A DNA stretch of 64,000 nt, from assembly GCF_018350175.1 (NCBI RefSeq), contig NC_058368.1, positions 1,116,001-1,180,000 of the forward strand, given 5' to 3'. The notes beneath the pieces were generated by a model. The model worked only from the letters and a program-made list of their open reading frames with translations. It had not been told where the DNA came from and made no database searches. Shown here piece after piece: positions 35,391-48,360 of the stretch. The position numbers and the translations under genes were made by a program. The number at the start of each line of letters is the position of its first letter. Position 1 is the stretch's first letter. This stretch comes from Felis catus (lineage: Eukaryota).

Positions 35391-38300
35391 AAAGGAACGT
35401 TTCAGAAGCAATCGGGATAAAACAGCATTAGATAGTCATGCTGCTAGATCTTTATTATGGAAAACATTTCAAGTTTACTCCTTCTGTTTTGAGTTTTGTA
35501 GCAGTGTACCCACACTGGGTATTACCATGTAAATAATCTGTGAGTGAAAGTTGCCATTATTCTATGTAGTGGTTTTAGGATACTTAACAAATACATTCAA
35601 ATTCTTTTTTTATTATTTATTTGATTAGGTATGTTTGTAACTTTTTACATTACAAAATACGAATGAGAATGTGCCATGTATAATTTTTTTCTTGTAGTAA
35701 GAAACATCCATATTGCACAACTCTACTGTTGCAAAGCTTCCTTGAAAGGAGGCTCTTTTACTGGGTTCTTTACCAGATGGTTGTGTATGGGTAGCACTAC
35801 TAAAAGTTTAGAACTTGCAGTGTCTTTCCGAATTTTTAAAATAAACTGTAAACTAATAGGCTGGGTTTTTTGTTTTGTTTTTTGGGGGTTTTGTTTGTTT
35901 GTTTTACGTTTTAGTTACTGAAGCCTTACAAGGTTATGTAGAGAGATACCATCTTCTGTACCAAAAATAGACAAGAGAATGCTGTCGATATTGGTGTACT
36001 GTAATGTGAATCTATACTGGTGAAAACAACTTTTTGTTCCCCTTATTAAAACCTTAGTGTCCTTTTCTCATTTGTGGCTTTCTGCATCACCCCAGTCAAT
36101 AATATATATATATATATGTGTGTGTATATATATATATGTATGTATATATGTGTGTGTATATATATATATATGAAGAATGATGTTGAAAACATGATCATTG
36201 AGACATTTTCTTTGTAAAAATGTCCAATGAAAGTACAAAATTCTGTTTTCTGTGCCAACCATAAGTATCCAAAATCCCATTCATTTATAGAAGTTTGATT
36301 TTTCTTTTTTCCCCTTAAAGATACAGATCATGTTGCAGTATCTGAGTAGTACTCTAAAACTTTACCAACTTTATTAGGATTTTTATATTGCCTTCAAATA
36401 TGACTGATGGATACATTGGATAAAATTATTTTTAGAGATGCCGCTCCTAAAATAGTTGTTACAGAAGGTCGATCAAGTTTAAATAAGAGAGTATCACATT
36501 TTTACTATGAAGATTACCAGTGTAGTGATTCTGATATTTCAGATGATTGAAGAACAAAGAAAGAAACTGATGGATAAAGTCTATCTCAAAGGAAATCACA
36601 TTTAATGTTAGATTGTTTGGCTTTTAAAATTACTTCTTATAGAAGATAAAAGCATTTTAAAACTTTGTGCTTCTGCATAGCAATTTATCTGTTTAGACCT
36701 TTTCTTTTAGAATAAGGAAGTTTACTTAAAATCCTACTTGATAGAGACTGAGCAAAATGCTGGCTGCAAATTATTATAAAGAAACCATTTGGCTGACTTC
36801 ATAGAGCATGTATGTAATCATATTGTTTTGTTTCTAATTCCTGACTCACCATGGTGACATTAGGTTTTTAAAATTGTTGCGGGGGGTGGGGGGGTGGAAT
36901 TTGGGCTATTTTCCACAGTGATTAGGCAACGTCTACACATCCCTTAGGTATTTCTCCTTTGCTTAGGATAAATGTTAGTATTCAGAAGAAATTTTCTCAA
37001 TCATGATATAGAAAAATTCACAAGTATAATCACTGTATTTTAAAGCAATAATTATCAGAAATGGTTTTGGCATAAAATTACTTTATAATGTCCTAATTTG
37101 TTTTATAAGTTTGAATAACATACCTGTCCCTTAATTTTATATTTGTTGATTTCATAATCACACAGCAAATCTGATGTTACTTTACTAAAATAGAGTGCTC
37201 ATTGTCTATTTAATTAAGAAAACTGGGTAACATTTAAAATATATACTATAAAAATTTCCTCACACTTAACCTTTTTCCAGAAGTACTTTAAGCACTTTTC
37301 CTATAAATGCATATTGTTGATTAAAAGGTGGTTAATCCTAGCCATCTTTTATTCTTCACAGTGGTGCTATATTCCATCAAGAGCAATAACGTTTTCCCCA
37401 AATGTCACTTAGTGTTTATTCTCCCAAATACCATACATTTCTGCCGCGGTGCTGTTAAGCACCTTGTCTGGCTATTTACATCTCCTTTATTGTACACTAG
37501 CTTTTCTAAAACAGAAATGTCTACATAATTTTGATCTCGACATGATTGAGGATTTAGAGCTCTTGTTTTTGTCTTGAATGCAATCCAAGGATTAACTTGA
37601 CTCTCAGGGGGAAAAGAAAAACAAAACTTTATAAGAATTGTTTGTTCTGTGAAACTTATTTCACCTAGAATACATTTCATTGGTTCCTGGATGTCCTTAG
37701 TTTGTGTGGTCATAGCTGACTGCTGAGAAAAAGGACAGTGAAATGGTAGCAGTTTCTTTTTGCTTCTTAGTGATTTCTGTTTATAGCATCCTGTAAATAT
37801 AACTTTATTGTCTTTAGATGTCTATTGGAGATGCTATATTTTTTTGTTCTGAAGGTTTTACCATTTAAAATGAATCAAAGTTTTTATTCCTATTGAGAAA
37901 AGTGAATTTCCCATGCAAATTGAATCTTCATTAACACAGTTTTTAGGTTTTAAACTGTATTAGGTAATATAAGACATTAAAAGATTTTTCTAGGCAAGAA
38001 GCTCAACTTTTTTTTTTTTTTTTTTTGGGCATAAAAATATTACACAAGTTGTCACCAGTGTGTTAAACATCTTGAGACAGGAAAGAAGAAGATGCATATT
38101 GTACTGTGCATTCAAACTTTTGTCACTGTTTTTCTGATGGAATTTCCCTTTGTCGTGGCCAATATGGAATGGGTGACTCATTTATGGGATAATCTGGAAA
38201 TGAGATAAACTCATTTATGCATAGCATGAAGGTTTACAGTAATGGAGAAGTCAAAATTGCAAATTTTTGGTTTGTACTACTCTAATGTGGGTTCATTTTG

Positions 38301-39000
38301 TCTGAAATCTTAAATACCATGCAGTCTTAAATCACTATAAAAATTTACACTTTTATTTTGCCAGTTATTTCCAAAATGTATTGTTTTACATATGTCACTT
38401 CTGTTCTAAGTTACCACTGACTGTAGGATAATGTCCTTGTTCCCCTCAAACAAAATAGTCATGAAAGTGTACATTAAAATATTTTTAAAGAATAAATTTC
38501 TTTAACTAAATTATAATACTTTTGGATTTCCCCCCTTAATAAGCCCCTTTCTCATTTTTAGAGAAGTTATTTGAATTTAGTTATTCCATTTTACTATGTT
38601 TTTAGGAATAGACCATTTTTAATACTGTTTTCCAGTGTTAAGTACTTTTTATTGTTTCTGGGTTTATCATACTTGAAAATGATACTACTCACAATATCTT
38701 ATAAATATAGCAGTTGATGTCTAGAACAGGTTAACTGCATTGGTCTGGGTTTGAGAGTAGAGGCATTTAAAGTGATGTTTCAATTTGTACTATTTTTTTT
38801 TTTTCTTAGAAGCTACATGTTAGACACCCCAAATACGTTACTGTGATTCCTTGCCTTATAGTGAACTGGACAAGAGAAAGTCGTTCTTAAAATCTGGGCA
38901 GATGGTGTCCTAATTAATTACTGAGTTAAACAAGGTCATGAATTTAGGCCTTTGGAGGAAAAAGAACCAAAGAGAAGCTAAGATTTATTCTGTAAATAAA
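35391..39000 (+). other. ZMYM2: ZMYM2 3' UTR (3' end uncertain; several candidate poly(A) signals)
   Basis: AT-rich, SINE-free sequence after the stop; AATAAA at ~35839, ~38491 and ~38995; ATTAAA at ~36045. Confidence 0.65.
36101..36171. repeat. Compound (TA)n/(TG)n microsatellite in the 3' UTR
   Basis: Read directly. Confidence 0.95.
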
Positions 39001-40294
39001 GAATTAAGAATAGAACCAAAGAGAGGGCCACAGACCGTTGGGTCTAGAATTGGAGGTCTTTGTATCTTTGAAGGAAGGCAGGTGTAAATCCTAACTGAGC
39101 GTATTTTATTTTCTATTGTAGTGCAGTGAAAAGAATAATTACAGCTCTTTCTGAGACTTTCAGCTGCATACTTGATTCTGATTGGACCTCAGTTTCTTTA
39201 TCTGTAAACTGAAGGTATTGCCTTAATTTCTGATTCTGGAGTTTCAAATTAAGCATAGTTGATACATGGCTTAAGAGGCTTAGTAGTAAATCTTACAGAT
39301 TTATGTTTGAAGCCTTATGATTTATTTAGAAACACATTTTCTTGGAGGGGAAAGATCTTTCCTAAAATAGACTTAACACAGGCTGTGTCATACCTGATTT
39401 TTATAAGTCCTATTCAAGTAACTCCTCAGAAGAAAACTCAGCGTAATGAAACTTAAGTTTTGTTATAAAACTTAAACAGTGGATCTTCCATTACATATTT
39501 CCTTTGTGCCAAAGAACTATTGTCAACCATGGTAGTTAAGGAGGAAGAGAAAGTAAAAGATTAAAAAGACATTAGTGTTGCGATTATGGGTTGTGAACAA
39601 GATGTACTATTGTATGTATATTTAACTCCTAGGGAATATAGAATATAGTCATGATAGTTTACAACACAGAACACTGTGTACACTCAGAAACCCTAAAAAG
39701 CTTTTATGTTCTAGAGTAGGTTTCATAGCATTACCACCACCTGTAATTATATAAAACATTGGATTCCTGTAACGTTCTTGATGGTGCTTTTAGCTCTGTT
39801 TAAAATGGCCAGTGGCACAATTTCTGACTATTTTGATGACCCCAGTCTTCATCTCTGGCTTTCAGGCCAACTCATTACAAGAGTAGTTAAATATAGCACC
39901 CAAAGGAAAAGCTTAGAGTACCTTCATCATGCATTAGAGAGGATTCTAAAAGGTGTTAAACCACATTGAATCAAGGTGAGTAATTCAACTTGTAGGTTAT
40001 GTTATATGGATGGAAGGAACACACAAGGTGCAATATATTAAGGATATTTTTTTAAAACTTCATCCACTAAGGATTTTTTTTCATAGTAAATGCTTTTGGA
40101 AATAAAACCTCTCAAATATTTTCTAAATCTTGGATGTACTATTCTTAAACCTATAAGCAAAATTAAGCCTTTCCATTTCAATTACATATTTGTAGTTCTA
40201 AAGTGATGTCAGCAGATGGCAATAGTATACAGCACAGAGTTTCAATTGCCTTTTTTTTTTTTCCCTCCCCCTTTGTTAATGCTACTATGAGTAA

Positions 40295-40572
40295 AATGAC
40301 CCTTGATCAGAAACCTTTGGGAGTTTTAGAATTGAGAAATTTCCCCTTTTCAAAAATACGTAGATTACATAACACCCTCAGTGGAGCCAGGGGCAGCACC
40401 CCATAATCAGTGTCTACAGCAGTAGGTCAGATATTCACAGTAACTAGAATAAACTATGGCTATAGAAAGCTTTACATGGTTCAGGTCAGTTTTTGTCACA
40501 AACAGGAAAAACTAGATTTTTAGATTTTTTTTTTCAGATCTCAAAATTGCTAACAAGGACCTGCAGGCCTGT
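40295..40572 (+). mobile_element. MER46C-like Tigger non-autonomous element
   Basis: ATTACATAACACCC...GGGGCAGCACCCCATAATCA...GTTCAGGTCAG...GGCCTGTA. Confidence 0.75.
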
Positions 40573-41802
40573 AATAAAACTAATGTTCTATCTAGTGTTT
40601 TCCTTTTAATAAAACATCTGTTATGTTTTATTGCTTAGTTTTGATAGAAGTAACTGAAGGCTTTCTGTAAAATTTGCATATTAGATTTAAAGAAAACATG
40701 CAAGGAATGCTTAGAATAAGCATAACTATAAATGGCAGTTCTAGAACCATTATTGAATTCTGAAACTTAAAAAATAACTACTTTTACTTTCCATTTTGCA
40801 TTTGTATTTGTAGCATAATTAATCTTCATAGGTGATACACCTTTATGAATAGCTGCAGTCATGTGATGGAGCCAGTCATTTATTCATTCAACAAAAACTT
40901 GAGTGATTATTTTTTTAGTTGCATTAAGCCAGGTGCTGAGAATACAATAAGATATAAGACCCACCCCCTCCTCTTAATGACAGTATAGCTGGGGAGAAAT
41001 GAAAGTGTGATGGTATGTCAGAATAAGCAAGGGTCTCAGGCCTTATTAAGAACAATCACTTGTATTAGAAAGCAAACTAATAGTCAAGTCATTTATCAAT
41101 ATCCTACTCTTAGCTCAACTCTTTACCTCTTGACCGCAGTTCCAGGTTTCCCTATTACACCAATCTGTTTCCCATTCTGGAAAGGGAGAGGTGCCAGCTA
41201 CTTTTAGGGTGAAGAGGAAGATGCAAACTGAAAAATAGCAGTGAACATCTACCACATTGAAATTTCTCAAAGGTTATCAGTGTTTTTCAATTCGTTTTTT
41301 TATGATCATGCTGCAGCAGCAGAATATATCTTATTAGAATGTAAGTTCTTGAAGGTAGGGAGTTTTTTGTTCCCTGCTGTATCCCAAGCACCTATAAAAG
41401 TTCCTAGCTTAAGCTAGGTGTTAACAAATGTCTGTTGAATGAATTAATGATTGATTATAAGTACTTTGAAATTCATTAACTTACAAAATAAAGGAACCAT
41501 TCAAACAGGGCCTGCGATCCATAAAGTCACACCTGATTTTTGGTGTGCCTTTGAACACTTGCTTGTGTTTCTGTGGGCGTGTGTGTCTTTAATTTATGCT
41601 GTGTATACTAGTACTGCTTGAGCTTCTATAACCTTCCATTTATGAGGGCCAAGGGGATTGGGAAGTAGGGCTCAACTTGCAGTAGTGTTCAAAATATAGA
41701 CACTTAAAAGTCACCTGTGAAGTTTGTTAAAATGCAGATTTCTGACCTGTCTCTGGAGATTGAAACAGATTTACAGTGGGTCTCAGAGCTGCATTTTCTA
41801 AA

Positions 41803-41978
41803 ATTTATTTTTCAGAGCGAGAAGGAGGGGATGGGCAGAGAGGGGGACAGGGGATCTGAAGCGGACCAGGTACTGACAGCAGAGAGCCTGATGCAGGGCT
41901 CAGACTCAAGAACCGCGAGATCATGACCTGAGCCGGAGTCAGAGGCTTGCTTAACTGACCGAGCCCCCCAGGTGCCCC
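41803..41978 (-). mobile_element. CAN-SINE
   Basis: Reverse SINEC motifs. Confidence 0.88.
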
Positions 41979-42959
41979 ACAGAGCATCTTTAATTCCTGG
42001 GTTAAAAACCCGAAGGCCTACAGTCAAAAAAAATGGCCCACAAGCATTTTTTAAAACAATTGAGTGGAATAGAACACAATAAAGGTATTTTCCTCATGAA
42101 ACTTGTTGTATATTTGGGTATTGGGTGACAGATATAAAATCTATTTCTTAATGCTTTTCAGTCAAAGTTTGAAAGCCCTCTAGGAAACTCAGTAAGGGAA
42201 ACTCCACATTTACGGAAGGATGTATTGATCTCCGAGCCTCCCGTTTTGTTTTCAAATGGCACTTAACTTTATCCACATTGAGCTCCAGAGAATTGTGAGC
42301 TATGGAGACACATGCTTTTCATTTTGAAATAAGTAAACTAATGTGGACTGAGACCTATTTCTCTGCCTCTTTTCTATAAATTTGGGGCTTTTTTTTTTTT
42401 TTTTTTGGAAGAGTGGGAATAAAATCAATAGTTATTGGTGTGCTTTTTGTGTGATAACCCATGAGGTTTGTTTGTATTCTCTCCAATTCACAGATCAGTT
42501 AAGTGCTTAGGGCCACAAAAACAGTGCTGGGGCTGTGATCCAAATTGAGGATTTTATATGGGAAAGCTCATATGTGCTCCTTAACCTTTTGCTGTCTGTT
42601 TACTGTTACAGACATGAAAGTGGGTAATCCTCGGTCTACGCCAGTCATCCATGAACTGCTTTTCAGTGATAGAACAAGCGTTTAGTAAGCGTATGCCAAG
42701 ACAAAAGTGATAGGTGAGGATACAGCAACATTTTGGAAGATAGAAACCAGATGGCTAAATGGGTAGACCACGCAAGGCTAGTAATTGCCGCACCTACAAC
42801 ACTTCACTTCGCCTGCCCTCACCTGCAGGTCTGCAGGTTGGTATACCTGAGAGAGAGACGCGGCCATGACCGGCACTGTTCTAGTCCATTCATTGTCTCA
42901 CTCTCCTAGGTTACTATTTCATACCTTTCCCTCTTCTCAAATCTCCCATCCCCCATCCT

Positions 42960-45063
42960 TAAAAGCTGACAAACTCTGTAAAAGGCCAGAGAATCTACAT
43001 TTTGGGCAACATGGAAGTTATTATGTAGATACTATTATGTAGAGAAAATACGTTTCCACAAATTTATTGACGAAATTCAAAATCTAGTAATTTAGAGTAC
43101 AACTTTTTCTAATACAGATCTATTGAGAAGGGTGGAATGCTTTTGGGGGCAGTATTTTGCTTAATTGGAATTCAAAGTTTGCTATCAAAGTTGATTGCAG
43201 ATGTTCATCTGTTAGATTTTGTGCATTTCAGCTTTGAAAATAGCTTTTCAAACATAAGTACTGCCAAATACTGATGAGTCCACGACTGTATGATTTTGAC
43301 CAAGCATCTTCATCACATGGAGGCATTTATACAATTAAGATTCTTGATGGTGGCCTTTTAGCATGTCATGTTGCAGATGAATCACTTCTAATTGAAACTT
43401 AGATGGAATATCGTCAGTTGCACAGTTAAATAAGTTTTTAAATCTGGAATTTTCCTTTACGCTTGCATTGATCTTTGAAATAACACTGCTGGAGCTGTAG
43501 TTTGTGCTTGGAAGACGCACCTGCTATAGATACATGTGGGAGTGAACGTGCTGCTGTTAACTTCCAACGGTATGAGAAGTGTAAGCAGCTGGATGGTTCA
43601 AGCAACATTAGTTGTTGGAAATTACAGCAATGTGTTTTTTATAAAAGCACTGTTTCGCCTTGTAATACGAGGTTGAATTTATTAAGGACCCATTATCAAG
43701 TCTAACAAAACCTAATGTCCAAAGTTACTCAGTGTTCAATATGAGTGGTTGAGTATGGTTCTTCTCAATGGAAAGGCCCTGAACTCAAAACCTCACAATA
43801 CCACCTTATTGATAAGCCATCAGACTGCTGTCAGGATATTCAGGATATTCAGCTTCTTATCTGACGTATTCACAGAACTGATGGATGATGGTTGAGTCCA
43901 TGAGAATGAATGAAGTTCACCCTTGATAGGACAGGTTCATTAACACATGACAGATTCAACTGAAGTACCTGCTGGAGAACAATACCGTGAACAACCAACC
44001 ATGGGCTTTAAACATTTACATCTCAACTAAGAGTGTTTATACTCCATATACGTTTTTTTTTTGTTTTTGCCACAATTGCATCCATCTTACTTTTTCGGGT
44101 TTTACTAAATTAGGGTTTTCCCAACTTCTTTGAAAATGTTCTTGCCTGTAGTTACCTACATACTGTTCATAGAGGCTAATTCTTAAGTCATTTCAAACTT
44201 GGCATTGACTGCTTGGAAAGACAACTAAGCAATACTGGTTTTAAAAAAAATCTTTTGACTCCTCAAGGGCTAAGAAAAGCCACTTGAAATCATTTAGCTT
44301 GTTTTTAAATTTTTAAATGACAAAAGACTAAGCTTATTTTATCTGGATACATTGCTGCAATCAGATAGGATTTAATTTGCCATTGGTAAATGGTTTGCTT
44401 GGCTAACAGATGAACCACTTGGAAACTTATTTTGGTTGCAGTTTGTGAATGTTTTTTTTGTGAGGAAATTCTGCTGGAATTCCATATTAAGTTTTCTTAT
44501 TTTTCTGACCATTGCTTTCCTCTGAGTTGAAAATACTGTGATGAATGCCCCATCTGGTCATGTCTGTGGCTGTTGCATTCTTTTAGCACGGCCATAGTAT
44601 CATTGCATAAAAAGGCAATGCTTTCTAATTTGATAAATTAATGCACACTCCACTGTGCTTTAGGAGTGTGACATTCAAAAAACGTTTTGACACGATGGGT
44701 TTGTACTGGTAAAAAAAGCCCCAAAATTAAATATTGGTGTATGGCAATGCACATGGCACTTGAGACACTGTTTTCTTATAACTAAGTCACTGAGTAGCAG
44801 CCTGAACCTAGGAAAGCACCACATAATACTCTTGCAGTTCAACTGCCCTAGTATTGCAGAAGCAGCCATAACAATATGTAGATGAAAAGCGTGACTATAT
44901 TCCAGTAAAGCTTTGTGGACACTGAAATCTTAATTTCATGTGGTTTTCATGTGTCACAAAATATTTTAAAATTAATTTCCCAACTAGTGTTGGGCTAGTG
45001 TGCCATGCAAAAACAGGCTGTGGGTAAGACTCGGCCTGCTAGTCTGTAGTTCGCCAACCCCTG
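42960..45063 (-). mobile_element. Near-full-length hAT-Charlie (Cheshire/MER58-parent-like) fossil with a decayed transposase
   Basis: Terminus CAGGGGTTGGCGAACTAC (minus strand, 45063) and a degraded MER58-type left end. Minus-strand peptides FKNLFNCATDDIPSKFQLEVIHLQ and SVFGSTYV[frameshift]EKLFSKLK (hAT dimerisation motif). Confidence 0.85.
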
Positions 45064-45084
45064 CTTAAGTCGTTTACCTTGACT

Positions 45085-45950
45085 CCTAATTCAACAAAAA
45101 TAGTTAATGCAATGTTAAAGCAGTCAAGAGACTTCCACTGATCCCACCATCACCTTTACCCACCAAGTGCATATGGATTGTTTCTATTAGCATACTATCT
45201 CTTGTGGATCTCATCTTTAAAACCTCTTAACTACTTTTCTGCCTCATTTCTCCACCCCTCTTTTTAAAAGAATTCCTCAAAATCGTTTTATATTCTCATG
45301 GTCTTTAATTTCTCTTCTGTTTCCTCTTAAGAAGGTTTTTGTCCCATCATTCCACTAATTGTGCTCACTAATGTCACCCATGACCTTTGTGGTGAAATCC
45401 AACGGGCAATTCTAATTCATCGTATTACTTACATATCAGAAGCATTTGAAACTGTAGACCACTTCCTCCTTTTTGAAATGCTTTTTAAAACTTAGTTCCC
45501 ATGGGGCGCCTGGGTGGCGCAGTCGGTTAAGCGTCCGACTTCAGCCAGGTCACAATCTCGCGGTCCAGGAGTTCGAGCCCTGCGTCAGGCTCTGGGCTGA
45601 TGGCTCAGAGCCTGGAGCCTGTTTCCGATTCTGTGTCTCCCTCTCTCTCTGCCCCTCCCCTGTTCATGCTCTGTGTCTCTGTCCCAAAAATAAATAAACG
45701 TTGAAAAAAAAATTTAAAACTTAGTTCACAGTGTTCTACATTATGATTTTTCTCCTATTTCATAGAGCTCCTCTTCTCAGTGTTTTTTTGCTATCCTCCT
45801 TATCCTCTGATTTCTTTAAAGTTGGGGTGCCCAGAGGTCAGGTCTTGAGCCTCTTTTGTCTAACTTAATCCTTTGGGATTCTCATGTGGTCTCAATGGCT
45901 TTAAATGCCACTGACATGCTGAAAACTACCTTGGGAATAAATGAATGAAT
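45085..45950. mobile_element. L2 fragments
   Basis: TGTCACCCATGACC...AAATCCAACGGGCAATTCT...GCATTTGA...GACCACTTCCTCCTTTTTGAAA. Confidence 0.75.
45503..45715 (+). mobile_element. Young SINEC_Fc
   Basis: GGGGCGCCTGGGTGGCGCAGTCGG head; TSD AAAACTTAGTTC. Confidence 0.94.
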
Positions 45951-46007
45951 GACTTTATCCTTATGCTTCAGCTGTATTAATTCAGTTAATACAACTACGC
46001 TATAAGC

Positions 46008-46233
46008 CAGGGGACAGAAAACTTTTTCTGTAAAAGGCCAAATAGGTTATTTTAGGCTCTGTGGTCCTCTTAAGGTTTTGTCACATGTTCTGTGAGTTCA
46101 GGTTTTTTTGTTTTTGTTTTTGTTTTTTGCAACCCTTTAAATATGTAAAACCGTTCTTAGTTCACATTAAAAAAACAAACAAAAATGGGTTGTGGGCCAG
46201 ATTTGGTTTGAGGATTGTAGTGTGTTAACCCTT
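46008..46233. mobile_element. MER58-like hAT element
   Basis: CAGGGGACAGAAAACTTTTTCTGTAAAAGGCCA...GGGCCAGATTTGG. Confidence 0.78.
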
Positions 46234-46249
46234 GATATAAGCTATTATA

Positions 46250-46395
46250 CAGTAGTTGTATTATCCCCACTTTACAGATGGAGAAACTGAGGTACAAAGA
46301 GCCTAAATAACTTGTCCAAGCTCACCAGCTGGTGATGAAACCAGGGTTCCAGTAAGCAATGATGGCTCCGGAGACTGTGTGCTTATTCACTACAC
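46250..46395 (-). mobile_element. MIR
   Basis: TTATCCCCACTTTACAGATGGAGAAACTGAGG. Confidence 0.8.
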
Positions 46396-46549
46396 TACAG
46401 TTTCTAGAAAGTGAAACGTATGTCTGCAAAAAGATAAGCTAACAAAATGCTAGTGATTTATGCCCAGAACCTGCAAAAGTCTCAGGAACTGGAGACACCA
46501 GTTACTCTGAAGATAGGATACAGGAGATTGTTTAAAAGTCTACAAAAGA

Positions 46550-46654
46550 GGGACGCCTGGTGGCCCAGTCAGAAGAGCATGCAACTCTTGATCTGTGGGG
46601 GTCATGAGTTCGAGCCCCATGTTGGGTGTAGAAATGACAATAATTAAAATAATT
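46550..46654 (+). mobile_element. Short CAN-SINE variant
   Basis: TSD AAAGTCTACAAAAGA. Confidence 0.85.
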
Positions 46655-47319
46655 AAAGTCTACAAAAGAAGTCATTTAGCCCTTTGCAAAATCCTCTCCT
46701 CAATCTATGCAGCCTTTCCCTACGCCTGTAGAAGTCTGGGGGTTTAGTGGAGGGTGAGACTGAAAGACCTGGGACTAAACCAGGCATAACTGAGGCAGGA
46801 GCGAAAGGCTTTTCTGGAAACAGGATTGAAAGCGAGAGTCCTGGTCTTTGGTGCCCAGGATGCTTGAGACCAGGCTTCTAGCCTATCTGGTCTCAAGAAG
46901 ATCTGAGGATTCCTCCTGGGAAACACTCATCCCAAGACAAAAGACAGATACCTACAGTCGCTGACATCACAATCTATAGTGAACATATACTGAACTCCAA
47001 AAGTCGGGAAACTTACCCACACCCACAGAGCTTCCTCTCAGGTGCTTTTACATTTTTGAGAAAGATGGACTAAACATTTGAGGAAAGCTTCAACGAAATA
47101 TGGAGATCAAAATGAAGAAGGTGGAAGAAAAAGCCACAGTGTAGGAAGCAAAAAACAAAACAAAACAAAAACCTTAAAAAAAATTAGAACACTCAAAAAA
47201 GACTAAAAAATTTACAATAGCAGAAATAAAATATTCAGTAGGAAAACTGGATAACAAGGTTGAGAAAAATTTCATAAAGCCAAGAAAAAAATGGAAAAAG
47301 GGAAAGTGTGAGAAAGGAA

Positions 47320-47511
47320 AATATATTGCCTCTCATCTCTAAATGCTATTGGAGCTGAAACTCACTTTGCCCATGTAACAATGTCGAGCCTTGTCAGTAG
47401 AGGGCACTGGAGGACATTGCAAGAGGAAGGGGCTTCTGGATTTCAGGCTTTGGTTTTCTTGTTTTCAGTGCTCAGAGTGCAACAGATTGTCAGTGGGCAG
47501 CTTCCCAGAGG
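47320..47511. mobile_element. LTR41-like (ERVL) fragment carrying a CTCF-like motif
   Basis: Paralogous to 48361-48910; contains TGTCAGTAGAGGGCACTG. Confidence 0.65.
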
Positions 47512-47826
47512 TTCAAACCAGGGGGTCTGACATCAAACAACTAGATGTTTCAGAAAGAAAACAGAGAAAGTGCAGGTGTGGAAAATGGCAGAGATATAAT
47601 ATGGGAAAAGTTCCCAGAATTAGAGAACAGGATTACCCATATTGAAAAGGCACAGAATGGCCAGAGAGATTAATTTAAAATGACTCAGACCAAGACACAT
47701 CATTGTGAAATTTCAAAAATCTATATAGGAAAAAAGGATCCTATAACGCTTTCGCAGAGGAAGAAAAACAATCCAAAAAACGGATCACGTACAAAAGATC
47801 AGGAATCAGAATGTCATCAGGATTTT

Positions 47827-48047
47827 TTTTTTAATTTTTTTTAATTAAAAAAAAATTTTTTTTAACATTTATTTTTAAGACAGAGAGAGACAGAGCATGA
47901 ACGGGGGAGGGGCAGAGAGAGAGGGAGACACAGAATCGGAAGCAGGCTCCAGGCTCCGAGCCATCAGCCCAGAGCCTGACGCGGGGCTCGAGATCGAGAC
48001 CTGAGCCGAAGTCGGACGCTCAACTGACTGAGCCACCCAGGCGCCCC
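47827..48047 (-). mobile_element. Young SINEC_Fc with a 15-bp internal deletion
   Basis: TSD TCATCAGGATTTT. Confidence 0.93.
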
Positions 48048-48360
48048 TCATCAGGATTTTTAACAGCAGTGCTGGAAGTTAGAAAATAATGGTGCAATGC
48101 CTTTAAAATTCTGAGGGAAAGTGAGTTTAGAATTCTGTAACTAGCCAAACTATCAGGTACTGTAAGGACATTTTCAGGATGCATGTTCTCAGAAAGTTTA
48201 CCTCTTAGGTAGCTGTCAAGAAGTGACACTTCTACTAAAATGAGATTATAAATGGAGAAAGAGGGAAGATATGGATCCAGGAAATAGGACACCAACCTAG
48301 ATGGGAGGCAATGAAGCGTGGTGAAGGGGGTTTCCGATTACCTATGTCTCAGAAACATGG

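Noticed and set aside
42612..42713. Exon-like segment (ttacag| ... TAG|GTGAGG)
   Set aside because: Isolated, no recognisable coding content or partner exon; pseudo-exons of this quality are common.
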